48,274 nucleotides of DNA, taken from Candidatus Eiseniibacteriota bacterium. GTDB taxonomy: Bacteria; ARS69. The first letter of the stretch is position 1, and each line of letters opens with the position of its first letter. Both the position numbers and the translations under genes were made by a program. This document shows, piece after piece, positions 28,845 through 38,147 of the stretch. The notes under the pieces are model-generated. The model had not been told where the DNA came from. It searched no databases and saw only the letters and a program-made list of their open reading frames with translations. The stretch covers positions 1 to 48,274 of the forward strand of contig JBQTGV010000106.1 in the NCBI GenBank assembly GCA_052390515.1, written 5' to 3'.

Positions 28845-29462
28845 TTGCGAGACACGAACGAGATCGTCGCCGTGGTGCTGGCTGCGGGCGCGTCGTCGCG
28901 GCTCGGGCGGGCGAAGGCGCTGCTTCGCTTCGGCGAACGATCCGCGCTGGACCTGGTGCTGGATGCGCTCCGCGGAGCCGGCCTCGACGCGGGAGTCATC
29001 GTGACCGGAGAGGCCGACGCCGAACTTCGCGCCGCGGTCGACGCCGCGCCGTTCGCCTGGGTGCGGAATCCGAACCCGGATGCCGGCCGGCTCGGCTCGA
29101 TCCGTGTCGGCCTGGAAGCCGCTGCCCGCGGAGCCGTCCTGCTCTGGCCGGTGGATCGGCCGCTCGCGGCGAGGGACACGGTCCGCATCCTGCTCGAGAA
29201 CGCACGCCGCTTCCCGGGGAAGGTCGTCGTTCCCGAGTCGTGCGGCCGCCGCGGTCATCCGCTGGTACTCCCCGAGTCGCTGCGGCCGGCCCTGGCCGCC
29301 GTGCCGCCGGACGCCAGCCTCCGCGAGGTCCTGGCCGCGTCGGGCGCAGCGCGGCACGTCGTGGCGCTCGACGATCCCGGTATCCACCACGATCTCGACA
29401 CCGAGGAAGCGTACGCGGAGGCGCTCGCCTGGTGGCGGCAGTCGAACTACCCGTTCCGGTAG
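28845..29462 (+). CDS. MocA/MobA-like nucleotidyltransferase (NTP_transf_3)
   Basis: VVLAAGASSRLG..KALL, NP..G.LGSI, PVDRP, GHP, DLDT. Start approximate. Confidence 0.88.
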   Translation: MRDTNEIVAVVLAAGASSRLGRAKALLRFGERSALDLVLDALRGAGLDAGVIVTGEADAELRAAVDAAPFAWVRNPNPDAGRLGSIRVGLEAAARGAVLLWPVDRPLAARDTVRILLENARRFPGKVVVPESCGRRGHPLVLPESLRPALAAVPPDASLREVLAASGAARHVVALDDPGIHHDLDTEEAYAEALAWWRQSNYPFR

Positions 29463-29486
29463 TTTCCAGCCGCCCCGGACTCGTCG

Positions 29487-32400
29487 ATGATGAGCCCAGG
29501 GAGGAGCATGAGCGTCCCGGCCGCCCGACTGTTCTGGATCTGCGCCTTCGCGGCGACCGCGTCGGCACCTGCGGCCGGCGAAGGCGCGGAGCCGCCCGTC
29601 GAGTTCGAGCACGTCTCGCTCGAGGAGGGTGTCTCGCACAACTTGATCTTCTGCCTGCACCAGGACCGGATCGGGTTCCTGTGGTTCGGTACGATGTACG
29701 GCCTGGCGCGCTTCGACGGACGCCGCTGGGTGGTGTACCACCACGACCCCGACGACGCGGCGAGTCTCTCGTTCGACGACATCGTCTGCATCGACGAGGA
29801 CAGCGCGGGCGACCTCTGGATCGGGACCTACGGCGGCGGCGTGAACCGCCTCGACCGCGCGACGGGGCGCTTCACCCGCTTCCTGCCCGAGGGGCCGGAC
29901 TCGACGCGCGTCTCCCACGGCGTCGTCTGGGACATCCGCGTCGACGGCGAGGACCGGGTCTGGGTCGGGACGCAGACCGGGCTCGACCGCATCGACGCGC
30001 GGCGCGGGACCGTCGAGCACTGGATGCACGACGCGAACGATCCCGGCAGCTTGCCTCCGGGCGCGGTCCGCGCGCTGGAGATCGACGCGCGCGGCGCGCT
30101 GTGGGTGGGGACGACCGGCGGGGGTCTCGCGCGGCTGGATCCGGGAGCGGGGTCCTTCGCCTGTTTCCGCCACGACCCGGCCGACACGACGTCGCTTCCC
30201 GGGGATTGGATCGGGGCGATCCTGGAGGACCGCGCGGGGTCCCTGTGGATCGGAACGGGCGGCACGGGGCTCGCCAAGCTGGACCCTGAGACGGGGCGGT
30301 GCGAGCGGTGGGCTCCTGGAGACGGCGAACGCGGCCTCGGCTCCGGGTGGGTCAGCCGCATCCACCTGGATCCCGACGACACTCTGTGGCTGGGGACCTG
30401 GGCGGGTCTTGAGCGGCTCGATCCCTCGACGGGCGCGACCGCGCGCTTCGTGCACGATCCGTCGGACCCCACCACGCTGCGCGGACGCAGCGTCGTGGCG
30501 ATCCTCCGCGACCGCTCCGGGGTGCTCTGGGTGGGAACCTATCTCGGGGGCCTGGACCGCGTGGCGCCGCCCGGGGCGCGCTTCCCCCGGTGGGGAGACG
30601 AGCTGACCGGACCCTTGGGGAACGCGCACCGCGACGTGCAGGCGCTCGCCGCGGATTCCAGCGGAACGCTGTGGATCGGGACGCGCGCCGGCCTCGTCGC
30701 CAGGAAGGGGCCGGGCGGTCCGGCGAGAACCTGGATGCGGGACCCGGGGGACCCGGGGTCCCTCGGCGGCAACGTGGTCGCGGACGTGCTCGTCGCCGGC
30801 GGGGACTCGATCTGGGTCGCCACGAACGGCGGACTGAGCCTCCTCGACGCGCGGACCGGCGGCATCGAGAACTGGGGCGTGAATCCGGGCGCCCCGGATG
30901 CCCTGGAAGCGGCCGCCACCGTCCTGCTTCGGGACCGCGGCGGTCGGCTCTGGATCGGCACGGCCGGTGGCGGCCTGCACCGCTTCGACTCCGCCACGGG
31001 GAGCTTCGGCGCCTACACCCACCGACCCGCCAACGCCAAGAGCCTCGCGGACGACAGCGTGCTCTCGCTTCACGAGGATCGCCTCGGCCGGATCTGGGTG
31101 GGCACGTACGCCGGGCTCAGCCGGCTCGATGCCGCGCGCGGCGCGTTCGATCGCTTCGCCCCGGACCCTGCCGACCCCACGAGCCTCGCGAACGCGTATG
31201 CCTATGCGTTCCACGAGACCGCGGACGGGACCCTGTGGATCGGGACCGCCGGCGGTCTCGAGCGATTCGACGAGGCCGGCGGCACGTTCCATCACCTGAA
31301 CAGCGCGGGCGGCCTGCCCAACGACGTCGTCGTCTCGATCCTGGAGGACGACGCCGGACGGCTCTGGCTCGGCACGAACCGCGGGCTCTGCACGTTCGAA
31401 CCCGCGACCGGGGCGGTGACCGCCTGGGACACGCGGGACGGACTGCAGAGCAATCTCTTCCGCGCCGGCGCGGCCTGCCGGCTTCCCGCCGGCGAGATGG
31501 CCTTCGGCGGCATCGGCGGCTACAACGCGTTCCACCCCGACCGCATGCGACGGAACGGGGCGCCGCCGCCGGTCGCGATCACGCGCTTCTCCGCCGGGCC
31601 GGACGCGCCGGCGTTCTCCCCGCTCGGCGGACCGGTGACTCTCGATCACCTCAGCCGATTCCTCACGTTCGAGTTCGCCGCGCTGGATTTCGTCGCGCCG
31701 CACCGCCACCGTTTCCGCTACCGCTTGGAGGGGCTGGACCGCGACTGGATCGACGCCGGCACTCGCGCCGAGGCAACCTACGCCGGCGTCCCGCCCGGCC
31801 GCTACGTCTTCCGCGTCCGCGGCTCGAACGCCGACGGTGTGTGGAGCGAGGACGGGGCCTCGCTCGCGGTGACGATCACGCCGCCCTTCCACGGCACGCT
31901 CGCGTTCCGCGTGGGGCTCGTCCTGGCCGCGGCAGCGGCCGGCGTGCTCGCTCACCGGTTCCGCCTGCGCGCGCGGCTGGATCGCGAGCGCGCCATCGAG
32001 CGCGCCAGGATGCAGGAGCGGGAATCCGTGCAGCAGCGCGCGGCCGAGGACTTCCACGACGAGCTCGGCCATCGCCTGACGAAGATCGGGCTGTACGGCG
32101 AAGTGCTTCGCCGCGAGCTCGGGACCATTCGCCCCACCGCGGAGGAGTGGCTGGCGAGGATCGAGACCGAGTCCAAGCACCTCTCCGACGACGCCCGCGA
32201 CCTGGTGTGGGCGCTCGACCCCGGCGGCGAGACGCTGGCCGAGCTGATGAAGCGCCTGCAGGCCTTCGGTGAGGAGCTCTTCGACCGCACCGATGTGCGC
32301 TTCGTCGTGGAGGGTCTCGACGCGGGCCTCTCCGCGGTGCAGGTCCCCGCGGAGAGCCGCCGGCAGATCTCCTCGATCTTCAAGGAGGCGATGAACAATG

Positions 32401-32672
32401 CGCTCCGGCACTCCGGCTCGCGGCGCGTCCTCCTGTCCGCGCGCGTCGAGGGCGAGGGCTTCGAGATCTCGCTGGAGGACGACGGCCGAGGCTACGTCCG
32501 CGAGGAGACCCGCTCCGGAGCCGGCCTGCGGAACATGGAATTGCGGGCGCGACGGATCGAGGCTACGCTGCGCATCGCGTCGAGGCCGGGCGCGGGATCT
32601 ACCGTCGCCCTGAGGCAGAAGGCTCGTCGCGCCCGAAGCGCCGATGATCCGAGTCGCCATCGTCGAGGATGA
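29487..32672 (+). CDS. Sensor histidine kinase with periplasmic Reg_prop beta-propellers and Y_Y_Y domain (NarX/HisKA_3 type)
   Basis: About 14 D..G.LW(I/V)GT..GL repeats, YRLEGLD..W..Y..PPGRY.FRV, TM, AEDFHDELG, EAMNNALRHS, DDGRG, G.GL.NM. Start may be 29508. Confidence 0.93.
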   Translation: MMSPGRSMSVPAARLFWICAFAATASAPAAGEGAEPPVEFEHVSLEEGVSHNLIFCLHQDRIGFLWFGTMYGLARFDGRRWVVYHHDPDDAASLSFDDIVCIDEDSAGDLWIGTYGGGVNRLDRATGRFTRFLPEGPDSTRVSHGVVWDIRVDGEDRVWVGTQTGLDRIDARRGTVEHWMHDANDPGSLPPGAVRALEIDARGALWVGTTGGGLARLDPGAGSFACFRHDPADTTSLPGDWIGAILEDRAGSLWIGTGGTGLAKLDPETGRCERWAPGDGERGLGSGWVSRIHLDPDDTLWLGTWAGLERLDPSTGATARFVHDPSDPTTLRGRSVVAILRDRSGVLWVGTYLGGLDRVAPPGARFPRWGDELTGPLGNAHRDVQALAADSSGTLWIGTRAGLVARKGPGGPARTWMRDPGDPGSLGGNVVADVLVAGGDSIWVATNGGLSLLDARTGGIENWGVNPGAPDALEAAATVLLRDRGGRLWIGTAGGGLHRFDSATGSFGAYTHRPANAKSLADDSVLSLHEDRLGRIWVGTYAGLSRLDAARGAFDRFAPDPADPTSLANAYAYAFHETADGTLWIGTAGGLERFDEAGGTFHHLNSAGGLPNDVVVSILEDDAGRLWLGTNRGLCTFEPATGAVTAWDTRDGLQSNLFRAGAACRLPAGEMAFGGIGGYNAFHPDRMRRNGAPPPVAITRFSAGPDAPAFSPLGGPVTLDHLSRFLTFEFAALDFVAPHRHRFRYRLEGLDRDWIDAGTRAEATYAGVPPGRYVFRVRGSNADGVWSEDGASLAVTITPPFHGTLAFRVGLVLAAAAAGVLAHRFRLRARLDRERAIERARMQERESVQQRAAEDFHDELGHRLTKIGLYGEVLRRELGTIRPTAEEWLARIETESKHLSDDARDLVWALDPGGETLAELMKRLQAFGEELFDRTDVRFVVEGLDAGLSAVQVPAESRRQISSIFKEAMNNALRHSGSRRVLLSARVEGEGFEISLEDDGRGYVREETRSGAGLRNMELRARRIEATLRIASRPGAGSTVALRQKARRARSADDPSRHRRG

Positions 32673-33261
32673 CGATGACATCCGCCGAACCCTCGCGCTC
32701 CTGATCGACGGATCGGACGGGTTCCGTTGCGTCGGCGAGTATGCCGACTGCGAGTTCGCGCTGGCCCGGGTCCAGGGCGATGCGCCGGACGTCGTACTGA
32801 TGGACATCCGCCTCCCCGGGATGTCCGGCATCGAGGGCACGGCGCGGATCCGGCAGCTCCTTCCCGACACCGACGTGGTGATGCTCACCATCCTCAGGGA
32901 CGACGAGCTCGTCTTCGAGGCGCTGCGCGCGGGTGCCACCGGATACCTCGTCAAGGACGCGGGAACGGCGCGGATCCTCGAGGCCATCCGCGAGGTACGG
33001 GCGGGCGGCGCGCCCATGAGCACCTCGATCGCGCGGAGGATCGTGCAGTCCTTCCGGGCGGCCTCGGCGTCGCCGCTCTCGCCGCGGGAAATGGACGTGC
33101 TGACCGAGCTGTGCAAGGGCAGCAGCTACCGCGAGATCGGCTCGACCCTGCACGTCTCCGAGGACACGGTCCACTTCCACATCAAGAACATCTACAAGAA
33201 GCTGCAAGTCCATTCCAAGTCCGAGGCGGTGGCGAAGGCGCTGAAGGACCGCCTGGTCTGA
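32644..33261 (+). CDS. NarL/LuxR-family response regulator
   Basis: IVEDD, LMDI.LP, MLT, GYLVK, LSPRE..TVHFHIKNIYKKL. Confidence 0.96.
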   Translation: MIRVAIVEDDDDIRRTLALLIDGSDGFRCVGEYADCEFALARVQGDAPDVVLMDIRLPGMSGIEGTARIRQLLPDTDVVMLTILRDDELVFEALRAGATGYLVKDAGTARILEAIREVRAGGAPMSTSIARRIVQSFRAASASPLSPREMDVLTELCKGSSYREIGSTLHVSEDTVHFHIKNIYKKLQVHSKSEAVAKALKDRLV

Positions 33262-33291
33262 ACCCCGCGGCGGCCGACCGAGCCCGGACGC

Positions 33292-33312
33292 AAAACCCCC
33301 AGTTCGGGTAGT
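33292..33312. promoter_or_regulatory. Possible NarL-type response-regulator operator
   Basis: Imperfect dyad AAAACCCCCAGTTCGGGTAGT (ACCC-N7-GGGT, TACCC on the minus strand), about 60 bp upstream of the secreted-protein start. Confidence 0.3.
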
Positions 33313-33374
33313 AGGCGTCCACGCCGCCCCGTCCCACGGTGAGGCAGTCGGCTGAATTCTCACCGGAGGACTCC

Positions 33375-35213
33375 ATGATCGCCCCTCGACACCCGCGCGC
33401 ACTCGCCTTCGTGACCTCGGTCGCCGCCCTTGCCGCCACCGAGGCCGCTGCCCAGAACTTCGTTGCCGTCACCGACTCGACGAACCCGATCGTCTCCGAG
33501 ACGATCACCGGAGCGTACCTCGGGTGCGCGTGGGTCGACGTGGACGACGACGAGCTGCTGGATCTCTTCATGGCGCGCAAGGGCGCCATCTTCCACAACC
33601 TGGGCGGTGGGACCTTCGCGAAGGTCACCAACGTGATCGCGAACCAGGGCAACGCGACGCTGGGAACGACCTGGGCGGACTACGACAACGACGGGGACAT
33701 CGACTGCTATCTGGCCGGGGGACCGGCCGTGCCCGACAAGGGTTCCATGCTGTACCGCAACGACGGCAGCTTCACGTTCACGCGCATCACCACCGGCGCC
33801 ATCGGCGACGCGCTGACCAACGCGAGCTGGGGCGCGGCCTGGGGCGACGTCGACAACGACGGCTGGGTCGATCTGGTCACCGCCGCCGCGAACGGGTTCG
33901 CCGGCATCAACCATCCCAACGTGCTGCTGCACAACGAAGGGGACGGCACCTTCTCGTACATCGATACCACCGCGGTGACCGCCGCACTGGACGCGTACAC
34001 GGTGCCGACCTTCGCCGACTACGATCTGGACGGCGACGTGGACCTGTTCATCGGCAGCGGCGAGATCTCGCAGTTGGATCCCGACAACCTCTACCTGAAC
34101 GAGCTCATCGAGACCGGCAGCGTCGGGTTCCCCAAGATCACCACCGCGCCGATCGCCACCGACTCGCTCGACGGTCAGGTCTGGAACTGGATCGACTACG
34201 ACAACGACGGGGATCTGGACGCGTTCCAGACGAACTACCGGGCGTCGCTCGCGAACAACCTGTACCGGAACGACGCCGGGACGTACGTGAAGATGACCGC
34301 GGGCGACGTCGGCACGATCGCGTCGGACGCCGGGAACTCCCTGGGCAACACCTGGGCCGACTTCGACAACGACGGCGACCTGGACTGCTTCGTGACCAAC
34401 GACGGCGGCGCCCTGGCCGACTACTACGTGAACGACGGCGACGGAACGTTCACGCAGAACTTCGCCACGCCGATCGCCAAGTCCGGGCCGCACTGGGGCG
34501 CGTCCGCCGGGGACTACGACAACGACGGGGACGTGGACCTGTACGTGCACGGAGCGACGCTGACGCACGCGCTGTTCCGCAACGACCTGGCCGGCGGCAA
34601 CGCCTGGGTGAACCTGAAGCTCGTGGGCGCGGGCGCGCCGGGCGGGTCGAACGTCTCCGCGCTGGGAGCGCGTGTTCGGGCGAAGGCGACGGTCGGCGGC
34701 ACGCCGGTCTGGCAGATCCGCGAGGTCTCGGCGCAGAACGCGTTCAACGCGATGAACATGCTGAACGTGCACTTCGGCTTCGGAGACGCGGGGATCATCG
34801 ACTCGCTGGAGATCCGCTGGCCGAGCGGGACCGTGCAGGTCTTCGAGAGCGTTCCGGTGAACCGGTTCCACCGGATCGTCGAGGGCGTCGACCCGACCGC
34901 TGCGGGCACGGACCTGCGCCAGGGAACGCTGCTGCGGCTCTTGCCCGGGCGCCCCAATCCGTTCGCGGAACGGACGCAGCTCGGATTCGAGACGCCCGTC
35001 CCGATGGCCGCGCGGCTCGAGGTCTACGACGTGGGGGGACGTCTCGTCCGCACGTTGTTCGACGGCGCCGTGGGAGCCGGCCGGCACGTGTCCACCTGGG
35101 ACGGCCGGGACGGCGAAGGCCATTCCGTCGCGGCCGGGGTGTACCTGGTCCGGCTCCTCGGCGCCGATGGAACGGCGCTCGCTCCTTCGGCCAAGGCGAT
35201 CGTCGTCCGCTGA
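33375..35213 (+). CDS. Secreted FG-GAP/VCBS-repeat protein with ASPIC/UnbV domain and C-terminal FlgD-Ig (T9SS-CTD-like) domain
   Basis: GGAGG RBS, signal peptide, about 7 DYDNDGDxD repeats, ALGARV..HFGFG..IRWPSG, PNPF..YDVGGRLVRTL..WDGRD..GVY. Confidence 0.92.
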   Translation: MIAPRHPRALAFVTSVAALAATEAAAQNFVAVTDSTNPIVSETITGAYLGCAWVDVDDDELLDLFMARKGAIFHNLGGGTFAKVTNVIANQGNATLGTTWADYDNDGDIDCYLAGGPAVPDKGSMLYRNDGSFTFTRITTGAIGDALTNASWGAAWGDVDNDGWVDLVTAAANGFAGINHPNVLLHNEGDGTFSYIDTTAVTAALDAYTVPTFADYDLDGDVDLFIGSGEISQLDPDNLYLNELIETGSVGFPKITTAPIATDSLDGQVWNWIDYDNDGDLDAFQTNYRASLANNLYRNDAGTYVKMTAGDVGTIASDAGNSLGNTWADFDNDGDLDCFVTNDGGALADYYVNDGDGTFTQNFATPIAKSGPHWGASAGDYDNDGDVDLYVHGATLTHALFRNDLAGGNAWVNLKLVGAGAPGGSNVSALGARVRAKATVGGTPVWQIREVSAQNAFNAMNMLNVHFGFGDAGIIDSLEIRWPSGTVQVFESVPVNRFHRIVEGVDPTAAGTDLRQGTLLRLLPGRPNPFAERTQLGFETPVPMAARLEVYDVGGRLVRTLFDGAVGAGRHVSTWDGRDGEGHSVAAGVYLVRLLGADGTALAPSAKAIVVR

Positions 35214-35257
35214 CGGCACCGTCGGCCAGGGCGATCGTCGTCCTACGCCGGCGTCGG

Positions 35258-36202
35258 TCAGGGCGTGCGCGGCGGCCGGGGCGAGAGCCCGATCGTGCGC
35301 AGCGAATCGGTGAAGCCGGGCTCGTTCATCCTCCAGTACTGCAGGCGCTGGGAGGCGACGAGCTCGGCGAGCACCCCGTCGCTGCGCGTCCAGCGCACGA
35401 TCCGCCGCGGCTCGAGCGTCTCGACGAAGACGTCCCAGGAGCGGCCGCTCTCGAGCTCCAGGGAGAACACCTCCACCTCGAACGAGCCGGCCGGGACGTC
35501 CACGAGGCTCGGGGCCGCCGCGCGCGCGAGCGTCGCGTCCTCCCACTCCACCGGGACGTGCTGCAGCCGCGAGATCTCCGTCGAGCGCAGGACCGGAACA
35601 TCCCGCGTTTCGCCCGGCGCGAGGAACGGCGCGGCCAGGCCGCGGGCCCACAGAAGCACCGCATCCTCCAGCAGGCCGTCCTCCCGGTTCGGCAGGCTGC
35701 CGGTCTGATCGCCCTCACCGTCGAAGTAGCTGTAGGACGCGTGCTCGATCGACTTCTCGCGGGGGAGCAGCTCGTGCCAGACGTGGCCGCACCAGTCCTG
35801 ACTCGAGAAGGTGACCTTGGCCACCGCGCCCTCCGGCCGGCCCGCGTGCGTCGCGAGACCTGAGAACGCGCTCGTCATGAGCTGGTAGTCGTAGATCCCC
35901 GTGGCGAAATCCTGCACGAGGTTCAGCTTCATCACCGGGAACTCGTCGTCCTTCGCGTGCTTCCCCGGATCGGCCTTCACGCGATCCTCCTCCGAGAACG
36001 TCTCGGTCACGAAGATCGTCACCGCGGTGCCGGCGCGCGGATCCCCGTAGCGGGGGTAGGTCAGATCGTACGTGGCGACCTCCCCCCGCCCGTCGCCCCA
36101 GTGCTTCCAGAAGCGGTCGGAGAAGCGCTGGGCGGATGCCGGGGCGGCGAGGCCGGCGACGATCGGCGCGGCGAGCAGCGCGGCGCGGACGGAAGCACGC
36201 AT
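35258..36202 (-). CDS. Secreted conserved hypothetical protein
   Basis: GGAGG RBS, signal peptide. Motifs W.DG.GE..Y.L...RYG..R.G, IFVTE, MKLN, TGIYDY..MTS.F, QDWCGH. Confidence 0.8.
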   Translation of the reverse strand: MRASVRAALLAAPIVAGLAAPASAQRFSDRFWKHWGDGRGEVATYDLTYPRYGDPRAGTAVTIFVTETFSEEDRVKADPGKHAKDDEFPVMKLNLVQDFATGIYDYQLMTSAFSGLATHAGRPEGAVAKVTFSSQDWCGHVWHELLPREKSIEHASYSYFDGEGDQTGSLPNREDGLLEDAVLLWARGLAAPFLAPGETRDVPVLRSTEISRLQHVPVEWEDATLARAAAPSLVDVPAGSFEVEVFSLELESGRSWDVFVETLEPRRIVRWTRSDGVLAELVASQRLQYWRMNEPGFTDSLRTIGLSPRPPRTP

Positions 36203-36336
36203 AAGGACCTCCTGGAGGACTTCCGAGGGTACGCGCAAGGGACCTCGGGGAGAAGCCCGGTTCTCGCTGGGTGCCGTTCTCGCGGTTGTATGGGCTCCTC
36301 GCGTGTGGTACGAACGGGCGGCCCCCGAGGGACGCC

Positions 36337-36966
36337 ATGCCTGCGAAACCGGCGAGCGACATCCAGACCCGTCCGGTCCACGTGGCGGTGATCTGCGGGA
36401 GCCTTCGCCCCCAGAGCTACACGCGCCGTGCCCTGGCCATCGCCGCGCGGGAGCTCGCGGCCCACGGCGCGACGGTCGACGTGATCGACCTCGCCGAGCT
36501 CGACCTTCCGCTCTGCGACGGCCCGCGCGACACCGATGATCACCCGGGGAAGAGGGCGTTAAAGGAACGCGTGAGCCGCGCGGACGGCGTCCTGCTCGGC
36601 TCCCCCGAGTACCACAGCAGCATGAGCGGCGTGCTCAAGAACACGCTGGACCTGCTTACCAGCGAGGAGGTCCGCGGCAAGCTGTTCGGTCTGCTGGGCG
36701 TGAGCGGGGGCGAAGCCGGTGCGGTGAACACGCTCGGGCATCTTCGCTACGTGGTGCGCGGGATCGGCGGCTGGAGCCTGCCGGCGCAGATCAGCATCCC
36801 CAACGCCGTGCAAGCCTTCGACGGGGAGCGGCTCAAGGATCCGAAGCTCGAGGCGCGCATCCGCGCGTTCGCCAAGGAGCTCATCCGCTTCACGCGCCTG
36901 CACGCCATCGTTCCCGAGTTCGAGGCCGGGCTCATCCAGGTGATCGACGACGTTCCGGGCGAGTGA
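36337..36966 (+). CDS. NADPH-dependent FMN reductase (flavodoxin-like)
   Basis: ICGSLRPQSY, ADGVLLGSPEYH.SMSGVLKN.LD, GVSGG. Confidence 0.93.
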   Translation: MPAKPASDIQTRPVHVAVICGSLRPQSYTRRALAIAARELAAHGATVDVIDLAELDLPLCDGPRDTDDHPGKRALKERVSRADGVLLGSPEYHSSMSGVLKNTLDLLTSEEVRGKLFGLLGVSGGEAGAVNTLGHLRYVVRGIGGWSLPAQISIPNAVQAFDGERLKDPKLEARIRAFAKELIRFTRLHAIVPEFEAGLIQVIDDVPGE

Positions 36967-37129
36967 CGCGCAGGACGCGCTCGCATCCTGCGAAGCCGGC
37001 GGGCGCCAGGATTGACCGTCCTTGGCGACGGCTGGCGCTTCTGCGGCTCCCCTGAACCGGCACCCGTTATGCAGTAACCCCCGGCGAGCGTTCCACGCCG
37101 CCAAGCTTCCCCCGCGCGGAGATGCGGTC

Positions 37130-37381
37130 ATGTCGAGCCGACGCCTGCGTCCGATCCCGTTGCTCGTGCTACTCGTCGCTCTGCTGGCCGCCTCCGGCTG
37201 CCGCGAGCTGCTCGGACCCTCGCCGGAGGCCGCGCTCCCGGAGCCCGACTCGTCTCTCGAGAGCGACACGCTCGACGGTGAGCCGCTCGACGAGCCGCTG
37301 CCGATGGTGCCGGTGCCGCCTCGCCACGGCGTGCTCGACGCGAAGAAGAAGAACCTGGCGAGGCCCGAGCTGGCTCTCTAA
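37130..37381 (+). CDS. Small putative lipoprotein (83 aa, acidic/Pro-rich)
   Basis: MSSRRLR, hydrophobic stretch, lipobox ASG|C. GGAG upstream. Confidence 0.6.
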   Translation: MSSRRLRPIPLLVLLVALLAASGCRELLGPSPEAALPEPDSSLESDTLDGEPLDEPLPMVPVPPRHGVLDAKKKNLARPELAL

Positions 37382-37400
37382 GGCTCCGTCTCGCGGAACC

Positions 37401-38138
37401 TTAGTCGGCGGTCCGGAGAGTCCGCACCAGGAAGTCGACGATCGTGCCGGGGAGCGCGGGATCGTGCTCGAACAGCGGCACGCCGTGCAGGTCGCTTTTG
37501 TAGAGCACGAGCCGGCTCTTGTCGTGCCGCGAGTTCGCGAAGAGCTGCCGCGTCCGGTCCAGCGCCTGCTCGTCGCCGTCCGCGGCGATGCCGAGCAGGG
37601 GAACGTCGCGGGTCCTCTCGAATACGGCGATGTCTTCGGAGCCGATCCACGGAAGACTGGACGAGAGGAACACGAGCGCCCTGACCGACTCGTTCCGGGA
37701 GGAGAGGAGCAGCGCCTGGCTCCCGCCGCAGCTCGCCCCGACGGCGCCGATGCGCGCGGAATCGACGTGCGGCAGGGAGATCAGGAAGTCCATGGCGCGG
37801 TCGACGTCGCCTTCGTAGAGCGGCCAGAGCGCCTCGCCCTGTTCACGGAAGCTCGCCGCGCCCTCGCCCTCGCCGAAGCCGCGGAAGTCCAGCGCCAGCA
37901 CGTGCAGGCCGGCGCCGGCGAGTTCCCGGGCCAGCGCGTCCCAGGAGCCCCGTTCCCGGTTGCACTGGTGCAGCAGCAGGACGCCCGGGCCGGGTGCCGC
38001 CGCTTCCCAGTATGTGGCGCGCAGCGTGAAGCCGTCCGGCGCGACGATGTCGACGTCCACGTCGGTCAGCTCGGCGGAGGCGGTGAGCGGGGCGAGGGCG
38101 AAGAGCCCGAAGGCGGCGGCGAGGATGATCCGGCGCAT
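37401..38138 (-). CDS. Secreted alpha/beta hydrolase (dienelactone hydrolase-like)
   Basis: Signal peptide, VLLLH, DFRGFG, VGASCGG, AADGD, LHG. Confidence 0.88.
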   Translation of the reverse strand: MRRIILAAAFGLFALAPLTASAELTDVDVDIVAPDGFTLRATYWEAAAPGPGVLLLHQCNRERGSWDALARELAGAGLHVLALDFRGFGEGEGAASFREQGEALWPLYEGDVDRAMDFLISLPHVDSARIGAVGASCGGSQALLLSSRNESVRALVFLSSSLPWIGSEDIAVFERTRDVPLLGIAADGDEQALDRTRQLFANSRHDKSRLVLYKSDLHGVPLFEHDPALPGTIVDFLVRTLRTAD

Positions 38139-38147
38139 GTTCCCTCC

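Noticed and set aside
28824-33116. 1430-aa minus-strand ORF
   Set aside because: Antisense shadow of the kinase and regulator genes. Its repetitiveness mirrors the propeller repeats.
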